DNA of 64,000 bases from Candidatus Omnitrophota bacterium (lineage in GTDB: Bacteria; Omnitrophota; Gorgyraeia; Gygaellales; Profunditerraquicolaceae). The stretch covers positions 1,692-65,691 of the forward strand of contig JAPLLS010000035.1 in NCBI GenBank assembly GCA_026387435.1. Reading direction: 5' to 3'. Positions 17,818 through 26,606 of this stretch are shown piece after piece; the stretch's first letter is position 1; each line of letters starts with the position of its first letter. Below the pieces are notes generated by a model. It saw only the letters and a list, made by a program, of their open reading frames with translations. It did not search any database and was not told the origin of the DNA. Position numbers and translations under genes: made by a program.

Positions 17818-18708
17818 CTATTTCACCTTTTCTTGGTAATACGTAACGCTGGTTTTTTTGGCTAATTTGCCATTGAGCTCCTGCATTTTCTGCCGTTGTT
17901 TTATAGACACATAGGTACTCTTAACCTCGTCCCAAACATCATTTAAAGAAGGCACCTGGCCTCCGCGGCTGGCATCAAGCCTGATGATGTAATAGCCCCG
18001 CTTGTCTTTAAACACCGAGCTGATCTGCCCGTTTTCCAAAGAAGGCGAGAAGGCAATTTCGTCAAATTTCTTAAAGTCTGCCCCCCGCTGGCCTTTGGCG
18101 ATAAAACCCAGATCCCCGCCCTTAGAAGCGCTTTCCGCCTTGGAGCGCTCCTGAGCTAATGAAGCAAAATCCGTGCCTTTCAGCAATTCAATGAGGACCT
18201 CTTTAGCCTCGGCTTCGGTAGGCACCATAATTTCGCGGATCCTCCGTTCTTCGGCGGGGCGGAACTGGTCCTTATACTGCGCGTAGAAAGCCTCTATTTC
18301 CTTGGCCGGAGGGTTGGAATCTATGGTTTCTTTACTCAAAAATTCCCCGGCAACCAGGCTTACTTCCACATTTAAAAGCTGCTCTCTGATCTTGGGCTCC
18401 TTGTCAATGCCGTTGGCCTTAGCCTCGATATAGAAAAGATACCGGGGGACCAATACTTCTTTTAAGTAAGCGGTCTTTTCTTCCGGAGTCAATTTCTTAG
18501 GCTCAGCGTCCTTATTGAAGCGGGCATTCATCTCCGCGATCTCCTGGTCCAGCTGTTCCAGGGTAATATACATATTTCCTACTTGGGCAATGATCGTTCC
18601 TTCGGGTTTGACGGAGGGGGTAAGCGCGGTTGCGCCTATTTTCAGTTTTTCACAGCCGGTTAACGAAAAGGCGAGCAGGATCAAAAAAAAGAAAAACGAG
18701 TTTTTCAT
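17818..18708 (-). CDS. Parvulin-type peptidyl-prolyl isomerase lipoprotein (PrsA/SurA-like)
   Basis: Lipobox LTGC; DFASLAQERS, SASKGGDLGF, GYYIIRL. Confidence 0.9.
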   Translation of the reverse strand: MKNSFFFFLILLAFSLTGCEKLKIGATALTPSVKPEGTIIAQVGNMYITLEQLDQEIAEMNARFNKDAEPKKLTPEEKTAYLKEVLVPRYLFYIEAKANGIDKEPKIREQLLNVEVSLVAGEFLSKETIDSNPPAKEIEAFYAQYKDQFRPAEERRIREIMVPTEAEAKEVLIELLKGTDFASLAQERSKAESASKGGDLGFIAKGQRGADFKKFDEIAFSPSLENGQISSVFKDKRGYYIIRLDASRGGQVPSLNDVWDEVKSTYVSIKQRQKMQELNGKLAKKTSVTYYQEKVK

Positions 18709-18924
18709 TTCTTCTCCTTAAATTATGTTAAGCTGTGAACAAAAACATTACCTAAGATCCGCTCTAAGCGGCCTGGCAAAGCCATTATGACTTATTATCC
18801 ATATATATCATAATAAATTTTTAAAGTCAAACTTTTTTTATAAGTGAATAACCGGGAATATTCCCGAGATTTATTTATTGGCTTTTAAAGTTTCCATGAT
18901 ATAATTTGTCCAACAATAAAACCT

Positions 18925-19641
18925 ATGCAAAAAACCCCGGAAAAACTCAGCCTGTCAGTAATCTTGCCCATATATAACGAAGAGGCGAATGTTGAACTTA
19001 CCTTAAAAACGATCCTGGCTTATTTGGAAAAGCTGACCGATGATTTCGAGATCATCGCGGTCAATGACGGCAGCACGGACCAAAGCCCAAAAATCCTTGC
19101 GGAATTAGCCCGCAAACATCCCCGGATCAGTTTAATAAACAGCCCTAAAAACACCGGCTATGGCTGGGCCCTCAGAAAGGGGATAATCTCGGCCGCGAAA
19201 GATTGGATTTTGCTTTTCGATGCGGACGGCCAGTTCGACATAGCTGATCTGGAGAGGCTGTGGGAAGCAAAAGCCGGGATTGATTTTATCCTGGGCTGGC
19301 GCAGAAGAAGAAATGACAATCCCTACCGGAGGTTGCTGGGCTCAAGCGGGAATTTCCTGGCTAATCTTATTTTAAGGATCCAGCCCTTTATCAAGGATAT
19401 TAATTGCGGATTTAAGTTATTTAAAGCCGGATTAATAAAACCTCTGGCTTTAATGTCCGCGGGAGCAACAATAAACTTTGAAATCCTGTATAATTTGAAA
19501 AATTACCGCCCTGTATTCATTCAACTTCCGGTCAGCCATTACCCGAGAAAAGCCGGACGCGCTACCGGAGGAGACCTTAAGAACGTAGCGATACTTATAA
19601 AGGAATCTTTTAAAATAATATTTAAAAATGCACCTACTTAA
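18925..19641 (+). CDS. GT2 glycosyltransferase (polyprenol-phosphate sugar synthase-like)
   Basis: LSVILPIYNEE, VNDGSTD, DADGQF, DINCGFKLF. Confidence 0.9.
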   Translation: MQKTPEKLSLSVILPIYNEEANVELTLKTILAYLEKLTDDFEIIAVNDGSTDQSPKILAELARKHPRISLINSPKNTGYGWALRKGIISAAKDWILLFDADGQFDIADLERLWEAKAGIDFILGWRRRRNDNPYRRLLGSSGNFLANLILRIQPFIKDINCGFKLFKAGLIKPLALMSAGATINFEILYNLKNYRPVFIQLPVSHYPRKAGRATGGDLKNVAILIKESFKIIFKNAPT

Positions 19642-21235
19642 ATTCAGAAAAACCGGCCCGGCCATATTGTTCATCTTGGGAGCATTGATTTTGCTGCTTT
19701 TGCTGAACGCCGCAATGAAAAATACCTTTGAGTTCGACCCTGACGAAGGCACTTACCTTGTTATAGCCAAGCTTTCCCTTCAGGGGTTCAAACTTTACAG
19801 CCAGATCTGGAACGACCAGCCGCCGCTTTTTACCGAACTTCTTTCTTCGTGGTTTAGAATATTCGGCGCCAGCGCGTATTCCGGAAGGTTTTTTAATTTA
19901 ATCTTTTCCCTGTTTCTGCTCTGGGGGCTTTACCGGATTATAAAACTCCGGAGTGGCAGTTCGGCCGCTTTGGCCGCGGGTATTTTTCTGATCTTATCGC
20001 AGGGATTCCTCCGTTTGGGCATTTCGATCATGCCCGGGCTGCCCAGCCTGACCCTGGCCGTGCTTTCCCTTTACAGCGCGACCATTTATTCGGGATCAAA
20101 AAGCAAACCGGCGCTCTTTATCTCGTCGGCTTTTATGGCTTTCGCGCTGGCGACTAAATTTTCCTCAATTATTTTAGCCCCTTCCGTCTTCCTGGAAATC
20201 GGCCGGGCCGAAGAAAAAACCGATAGACCTTTTCCCGCCCGCCCAAAAAATTTTATTTTGCCGTTTTTCTGGCTGATAAGCAGCCTGGTTTTTTACATTT
20301 GCTTTATGTGGCCGTATTTTTATTTGAATTTAAACTTATTTGCCGAACAGCTCTTCAGCCCTCATTTGGCAAAACTAAATATCCCCGGCGCTGATTTTAA
20401 TGTGATCTTTGCGCAGCTTTTACTGGATTATGACCTGGTTTTGCTGGGAGCTGTTGCCGTATTTACAAATCTTCGTTCTGGCGCCAGGCGCAACATCCTT
20501 CTGCCCGCTGTCTGGCTGGGGCTGGCCATTACCTGTTTTGTCATCCACCGGCCGATCTGGTATCATTATTATTTGCTGGTCTCTATCCCGCTTTGCTGGC
20601 TGGCGGCAGTCGCCCTGGGGCAATTCCTTGAAAGGAAAAACGGCAAGAATCCCAAAAGATTCCTTTATTATTTAAGCTTCGCCCTGGTTGTTTTGGCCAT
20701 GGCGCGGATACCGTTTAAATTTATCGATGGCTGCCTTATCTTGAAAGAACCGCCTATAGGAGAGGAAAAAAGAATCCTGGATCTAATATCGAAGTTTAAA
20801 AAAGACGGCCAATGGATGTTCACCGACCTGTCTATTTTCGCCTTCTCGAGCAATATTCTCGTACCACCGGAAACAGCGGTCTTAACCCAAAAAAACCCGC
20901 CCACAACAAAACTCGCGGCATCGGTCTTAAAAAAATACAAACCCGAACTGATATTATTGGGGAGGTTCACGGATTATGACCGGCAAATGATATCCGAGAT
21001 CCAGAAGGATTACCGCAAAGAAAGCGAAATAACGATTTTTCGGCCGGGATCTTTCCCGGTAAGCTCCTGGCTGCCTATCGCAGTATTTTTGACTCCCAGG
21101 ATACAATACCCCGTCAACAAGTGGCTGCGCCGCTTGAACTGGCAGCCTAAGATCCTGATAACGGAGCGGATCGGTTTTTTCTATACTCAAAACCTGACCT
21201 TATTTATCCGCAAAAATAACGCTGATCAATTTTAA
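19628..21235 (+). CDS. GT-C membrane glycosyltransferase (ArnT/PMT_2-like)
   Basis: DPDEGTY, NDQPPL, multiple TM helices, ALATKF. Confidence 0.8.
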   Translation: MHLLKFRKTGPAILFILGALILLLLLNAAMKNTFEFDPDEGTYLVIAKLSLQGFKLYSQIWNDQPPLFTELLSSWFRIFGASAYSGRFFNLIFSLFLLWGLYRIIKLRSGSSAALAAGIFLILSQGFLRLGISIMPGLPSLTLAVLSLYSATIYSGSKSKPALFISSAFMAFALATKFSSIILAPSVFLEIGRAEEKTDRPFPARPKNFILPFFWLISSLVFYICFMWPYFYLNLNLFAEQLFSPHLAKLNIPGADFNVIFAQLLLDYDLVLLGAVAVFTNLRSGARRNILLPAVWLGLAITCFVIHRPIWYHYYLLVSIPLCWLAAVALGQFLERKNGKNPKRFLYYLSFALVVLAMARIPFKFIDGCLILKEPPIGEEKRILDLISKFKKDGQWMFTDLSIFAFSSNILVPPETAVLTQKNPPTTKLAASVLKKYKPELILLGRFTDYDRQMISEIQKDYRKESEITIFRPGSFPVSSWLPIAVFLTPRIQYPVNKWLRRLNWQPKILITERIGFFYTQNLTLFIRKNNADQF

Positions 21236-22795
21236 ATCGCTTCCCGGCTTAAAATAAAAAAAACTTCTCAGTTCTTTACTGACCTTATCCGCCAAGACCA
21301 AGACTGGCCGGATAACAAATTCTCCGGCGCTGGTCTTTAATTTCAAAGAGGCCTCCTTGTTCTTGAGCACAAATACTGCCTCCTGGCCACCTTCAAGAAA
21401 AATCTGCTTATCAGCACCGTTTTTAAGGCCGCGCGGGGCATATAATGTTAATCCTTCGAAAAATTTAAAACTATACAGAGGCAAATTCTCTACGGCATTT
21501 ACTTCTAATCCGGCATATCTCAGCGGCATTGTACAGCCATGGGCAGCAAGCCCATCGACGTTTTTGCCTCTCCAGGAACTTTTATGCCAGTTATTTAAAT
21601 TAAGCGAATTAACCAGGACCTGCGAGCTGACTAAAACCGCAGGCAGGAAAAATAAAAAGATCAATAGGGGTTTTTTAATTCCTTTAAAAGCTGCCGGCAA
21701 AAGCAGCGCCGGATAAATAAAAAAATACCGGTTGCCGAAAAACCCTATTCCTCCGAAATAATTCAAAGGCCGAAAAACTAACAATACAACTGCCAGAATA
21801 ACCGCCGTAAGCAGAATGCTGTCGCCTTGCGACGTTTGTTCCCGCGGGACACTTTTCCTGCGCCACAGATAAATCAAGATACAGACCGCAGCGGGAAAAC
21901 CGTACCAGAGAATGCCGCTAAACCTCCCGGTAAAAAAATTAACGATGTTGCTTGAAAAAAGCTGTGGAGAGTTAAATCTCATATCCGCTAGTTCAGAAGG
22001 AGCCAGCACCAAGCGGAGCCGTAATTCCTCCAGGCTCTGCGGGATGGCCCCGCCGAACAAAATATATTTAGGATCGCTGTAGGCGAAAAAGGTCTTAAGA
22101 CAATATCTTGTCAGAAGAATAGTAAGGATCAGGCCGAAAGAACAAAAACCAAGCGCCTTTAATAGCTGTTTAATCTTGTTTTTAGCCGCCAAATCCCCGG
22201 CCAGGGGTATCAACATAAGCAGAAATGTTATTTTCTCGCCGGCTATTAAACCGATGATAAAAGCGCAGGCCATTGGCTTATTAACGCTTAACAGAAAAAT
22301 ACACAAACTGCAGGAAAAGAACAAAAAGATATCCGGGGTGACCCAGCTTATATAGGCCGGGACAAAACTGAATAAAAAAAATCCGGCGGCTATTAATAAA
22401 GAAACGCGCCTGCCCAGATAGCGGCGCAAACCAAGATAAGAAAAAACTATGCATAATCCCAAAAGCAGGCCATTTAACCCGGCTAACCCAAGCCGGCCGA
22501 AGATCAAGAAGAAAAAAGCGGCGACCACCGGATAAATTACCGGTTTGGCATAACGCATATTGCCTGCGGCGTCCATCCTTACATATACCCCCACAGGGAC
22601 GGCCTCAAATTTTTCTTTATCCCACCTCTGGGCTTCTTTGTGGTCCAGCACAAGGTCGCCGTCTTTTGCCAGAGAACTGATCATCATATAATAAGAAACG
22701 CTATCGCCATGGATATGCGGACCGGCCCAGGCTGCGAATAAAATTACCAGCAGTAAAACAATGCCAATAATCCTGGTTTCAATTGCCATCTTCAT
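21200..22795 (-). CDS. Polytopic membrane protein, probable GT-C glycosyltransferase
   Basis: GDSVSYYMMISSLAKDGDL, many TM segments, GFFGNRYF. Confidence 0.6.
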   Translation of the reverse strand: MKMAIETRIIGIVLLLVILFAAWAGPHIHGDSVSYYMMISSLAKDGDLVLDHKEAQRWDKEKFEAVPVGVYVRMDAAGNMRYAKPVIYPVVAAFFFLIFGRLGLAGLNGLLLGLCIVFSYLGLRRYLGRRVSLLIAAGFFLFSFVPAYISWVTPDIFLFFSCSLCIFLLSVNKPMACAFIIGLIAGEKITFLLMLIPLAGDLAAKNKIKQLLKALGFCSFGLILTILLTRYCLKTFFAYSDPKYILFGGAIPQSLEELRLRLVLAPSELADMRFNSPQLFSSNIVNFFTGRFSGILWYGFPAAVCILIYLWRRKSVPREQTSQGDSILLTAVILAVVLLVFRPLNYFGGIGFFGNRYFFIYPALLLPAAFKGIKKPLLIFLFFLPAVLVSSQVLVNSLNLNNWHKSSWRGKNVDGLAAHGCTMPLRYAGLEVNAVENLPLYSFKFFEGLTLYAPRGLKNGADKQIFLEGGQEAVFVLKNKEASLKLKTSAGEFVIRPVLVLADKVSKELRSFFYFKPGSDLKLISVIFADK

Positions 22796-25700
22796 TATTT
22801 TTATGGCGGGTTTCTTTTAAGGGATAAGAAATCATGTTGGCAAGGTTCTTCAATGCGCCCGGATGGAATTCCCGGAGTTGGCGGTTCCAGGAAAAAGTGC
22901 TGAAAATCAGGCTTCCCCGGCCGTAATCAGAAACAAGATAGCCGCTTTTTACAGCCTGACATTGAAAATCCGGACAGCTGGTCAATTCTTTAAAACGGCG
23001 ATCGTATTTTTCGGGGAAAAACAGCCCTCTTTCCTGGCGCCAGCCGGAAAAATCTCCTGCGGAAACTTTATTGGGCCAGTTAAAAAGCGGATGTTCAGGA
23101 ACAAGAAAGGTGACCGGGCTGGCAGGGTCGACTATCCCGTCAAAAATCATTTGGAACTGCCCGGAGACAATGCTAACCGTCTCCGGCTTTCTGGGCTGAA
23201 ACAAAACTACCAGGTTACCTCCCTTAGCCGTAAAATCTTCCAATTGTTTGCGGATATTTTCATCGGAAAACAGCTTATCAGCGCCCTTGCCGATCAAAAT
23301 AGTGTCCAGCCCGGATAAATCATTTTCCCGGATGTTTTTTTCATCCAGGTTCTTCAAGTCGCAACCCAGGATCTTAAGGCTGGCAAATAAAATATTGTCA
23401 TCCCGTTCGATCAAACCAATCCTCAATTTAGCTGCTATCTTTATCCCGGGGAACCCGGAATAAGCGGCTTTTGAGTTCTCCCCGGGATTAATCCCGCCTG
23501 CTTTATATTTGTCATCATCGGCTTTCTTAACCAGCCCATATACGATTTTTCCGGGATAGGAAAAAAGATCGGCCATCTCCCCCTGGCTTTTGTGCTCACT
23601 CAAAGATTCCTCGGCCAGTTTACGATAAGTCTTGTTGACCGAAGGTATCAGCTCATCAGGATCGATTGCGATCTCATCCAGCGGCCCCCCTTCTTTTTGA
23701 GCGAATTTTCTTTGATAAACTCTGTCCGCTTGCCAGGCCGGCAACCCGTCCTTGATCATCTCGGGCAGAGTTTTAGGATCGCCGGAAAGGTCAAAGGCCT
23801 CCTGACCGAGAATATTCAGCGCCTGATGAGCGCAATGGTCAACCGAAGCGGTGTACTCAGTGATCACGATATCCGGGCGGATCAGCCGGAAAAAATAAAC
23901 CAGCTGCAATAATGTCTCTTGTTTCCCCCAGTTTTGAAAGGCTTCCTGCGGGTCAAAACAATACCCGAAATCCTTCTTGTTCAAGTAATAGACCCGGTCA
24001 ACTCCTAAAACCTGCGCAGCCCGCTCCATCTCTTCGGTGCGCAAAAAACCCAAATCATCATACAATACCGGGCTGATCTGATTCTCTCCGGCCTCTCCCC
24101 GAGTAGCTAATAGAATGTAAGTTTTGGCATTAAACCTTTTTTTGAAATAGGCCAGGCTTTCGGCTTCTTCGTCGTCCGGATGAGCCGCCAGACAGAGCAC
24201 ACGAAGCTCTCCGGAGGGAAGAACCGGCCTAATCCGGCTAAGCATTTCTTGAAGCCGGGTTAATTTAAGGATCATCCGATCAGCCAGAAGCTCCGGATGG
24301 GATCGATCATGGATATTCCCGAATTTCTGCTCTTCTAAATCCCAGCGCAGGAAGGTTTCCTTAAAAAGCTTGTAAGCGCAGATTGCCGTGTTACGATCGG
24401 GAAAATTCCTCAGCCATTTTATTGGCAGGTCCCTAAAGTCTTTAAGGATTACAGCGGGAGCATCGCTTACCATGTCTATATACAAGGGCGAAAGGAAATC
24501 CGGGTTGGGAGGGGCTAAAATTTTTCTTTGCTTAATTTCCGTGTACTCTTTGATATATCCGTCAACCGAGCCGGCAAGGATATTTATTATCCTCTCCTGC
24601 TCTTCCCGGGAAAGCAGGCTGAAATCAAAAAATGATCTTTCGGTTGCGCAAGACGTTTTTCGTTCATCCTGAGCCTTGGTGCCGGGCGGAAACTTTTCCC
24701 CCTGGGGATTAAAGATTCTTTCAAATTCTCTGCCGGTTAAATATGCGCTCTGCGTGTCAAGATCGAGCTTAACTTCGATCACCCCGCCTCCTTCATGCTG
24801 TCCGGCGATAAAAAAAGGCGTTTTTGCCCTAGCTTGGACTTGCGGGATAATTTTATACTCGCGGACATGTATGCCGCCCAGGTTATATTTAATCGCCACC
24901 TCGGCGTCGCCGTAGGTATCAATGATGATTTTTTGGCATATTTTGTCCTCAAAGGACATGGCTTTTAATAAGTATGCCAGCGGCTTGCCAAAAACCTTCT
25001 CTTTTTCTTTCAATATCCTGGATACCGAATCGTCGATTTCCCGCTCGGTAAGTTTGCCGTCTTTGACGGCTTTCTTAACTGATCGCAGTACGGTAAGGAT
25101 GACTTCCTCGGCTTTTTCCGGATCAGGATAGATTATGACCATATCCGTCCCCGCGGAAAAAGACATGGCCGCGATTTCTCCAATAAAAGGCCCGGCGATC
25201 CCTTGCTGCAAAGCGTATTCTCCCATCGCCTGCATGTTCAGCAATTCATCGGAAATGATCAGCCCCTTAAATCCCAGTTTTTTCCTAAGAAGCTGGCTTT
25301 GGATCTTATAAGACAGCGAAGCGGGTTTATTATCGAGGGCCGGATAGATGGCATGGCTGGTCATGATCATAAAGGGCCGGTTTTTTCTGATCAATTTTTT
25401 ATAGGGGGCTAAATCTTTCTCCTCAAGGCTGGATTTGGAGGAATCGACTTTAGGCAGCCATTTATGGGTGTCGTTGAACGCTGACCCCAGCCCGGGAAAA
25501 TGCTTTACCACCGGTATCACGTCTTGAGAATTATGCGCTTGAACGATCCGGTCGACCAATTGAAAAACCAATTCCGGATTATCGGAGAATATCTTTTCTT
25601 TTTTTACCAGGACTATGCCGGAATCGTTAATATCTCCGGCTACATCGGCGACTACGCCAAGATTAAGATTATAACCGTAGCTTTTCATCCGGGCCGCCAC

Positions 25701-26606
25701 CCCGGACCATTCATCCCCCAGCCGGGCAAGATATCCCTCTTTTGAATCCGGGACATGATAAAAAGATTCGTCTTTTTGAATGAAATAATCGGCCAATTTT
25801 TTCATTTCCTCCAGAACTAATTGGGTGCGGTATTCTTTTATGGCCTCAGCCTTAGCCAGCTTTAAAGAGGAAGCGACGCCCTGACCATTAGAACATAAGT
25901 CAACAGCCGGAACTCTCGAATTGGAAGTTGTATGGATTATATAGTAAAAAACTTCGGGGTTAATGAATTTATCTTTTTGCTCGTTTTTGAGCTCATCCAG
26001 CGCTTTATTCAAAAAATTAGCGCCGGCAACGTGATCTTTGTGTTTGTCTAGGGGGGAAGGCGAGTAAATTATCTTGGGCTGGTATTTTTTGAGAATATCT
26101 TTGATGTCCTGGGTCAGGTTTTCCCGGCTGTATCCGGATTTCGCCCTGCCCCAGGTTTTCTTATAAATCGAAGAGGATTGATTGGTATGCTCTGATCTAT
26201 ACCTGACATGTTCTTCCTGGCCCCACAAGAAAATCAGCCCGTCATCGGGGTAGCCTAAAAAAATCAGGTCTTCTTGAGGCAAGCCCATCTGAATTGCTGC
26301 CCGCAGCGCTTCTTCCTGGCGCTCTTGACCCAAGGCAATATAATCCTGCGCCGCGACCCCGGATTCGGGTTTATTTGCAAAAGCGGCTGCGCCGGACTCC
26401 GAACCATCACCATTGGTCAAAAAAACCACTTTTATTTTCTTGTGCTCTTTCACCCCCTGGATTATTGTTTGGCCGCAGGCCAGGGCTTCATCGTCCGGAT
26501 GAGGAGCAAATACCACCAGATCGACCGGTGGATCTTGGGCTTCCAAAAAAGAAGCGGCAAAAAAAATCGAAAGACAAGAAAATAAAAAGAGTTTTAAAAA
26601 TCTCAC
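22779..26606 (-). CDS. Secreted multidomain PIG-L deacetylase / GH3 NagZ-like / PIG-L deacetylase / GATase-like protein
   Basis: Signal peptide; APHPDDE ... HKDH; KHFPGLGSAFNDTH; IISDEL; AAHPDDE ... HCAH. Confidence 0.85.
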   Translation of the reverse strand: MRFLKLFLFSCLSIFFAASFLEAQDPPVDLVVFAPHPDDEALACGQTIIQGVKEHKKIKVVFLTNGDGSESGAAAFANKPESGVAAQDYIALGQERQEEALRAAIQMGLPQEDLIFLGYPDDGLIFLWGQEEHVRYRSEHTNQSSSIYKKTWGRAKSGYSRENLTQDIKDILKKYQPKIIYSPSPLDKHKDHVAGANFLNKALDELKNEQKDKFINPEVFYYIIHTTSNSRVPAVDLCSNGQGVASSLKLAKAEAIKEYRTQLVLEEMKKLADYFIQKDESFYHVPDSKEGYLARLGDEWSGVAARMKSYGYNLNLGVVADVAGDINDSGIVLVKKEKIFSDNPELVFQLVDRIVQAHNSQDVIPVVKHFPGLGSAFNDTHKWLPKVDSSKSSLEEKDLAPYKKLIRKNRPFMIMTSHAIYPALDNKPASLSYKIQSQLLRKKLGFKGLIISDELLNMQAMGEYALQQGIAGPFIGEIAAMSFSAGTDMVIIYPDPEKAEEVILTVLRSVKKAVKDGKLTEREIDDSVSRILKEKEKVFGKPLAYLLKAMSFEDKICQKIIIDTYGDAEVAIKYNLGGIHVREYKIIPQVQARAKTPFFIAGQHEGGGVIEVKLDLDTQSAYLTGREFERIFNPQGEKFPPGTKAQDERKTSCATERSFFDFSLLSREEQERIINILAGSVDGYIKEYTEIKQRKILAPPNPDFLSPLYIDMVSDAPAVILKDFRDLPIKWLRNFPDRNTAICAYKLFKETFLRWDLEEQKFGNIHDRSHPELLADRMILKLTRLQEMLSRIRPVLPSGELRVLCLAAHPDDEEAESLAYFKKRFNAKTYILLATRGEAGENQISPVLYDDLGFLRTEEMERAAQVLGVDRVYYLNKKDFGYCFDPQEAFQNWGKQETLLQLVYFFRLIRPDIVITEYTASVDHCAHQALNILGQEAFDLSGDPKTLPEMIKDGLPAWQADRVYQRKFAQKEGGPLDEIAIDPDELIPSVNKTYRKLAEESLSEHKSQGEMADLFSYPGKIVYGLVKKADDDKYKAGGINPGENSKAAYSGFPGIKIAAKLRIGLIERDDNILFASLKILGCDLKNLDEKNIRENDLSGLDTILIGKGADKLFSDENIRKQLEDFTAKGGNLVVLFQPRKPETVSIVSGQFQMIFDGIVDPASPVTFLVPEHPLFNWPNKVSAGDFSGWRQERGLFFPEKYDRRFKELTSCPDFQCQAVKSGYLVSDYGRGSLIFSTFSWNRQLREFHPGALKNLANMISYPLKETRHKNNEDGN

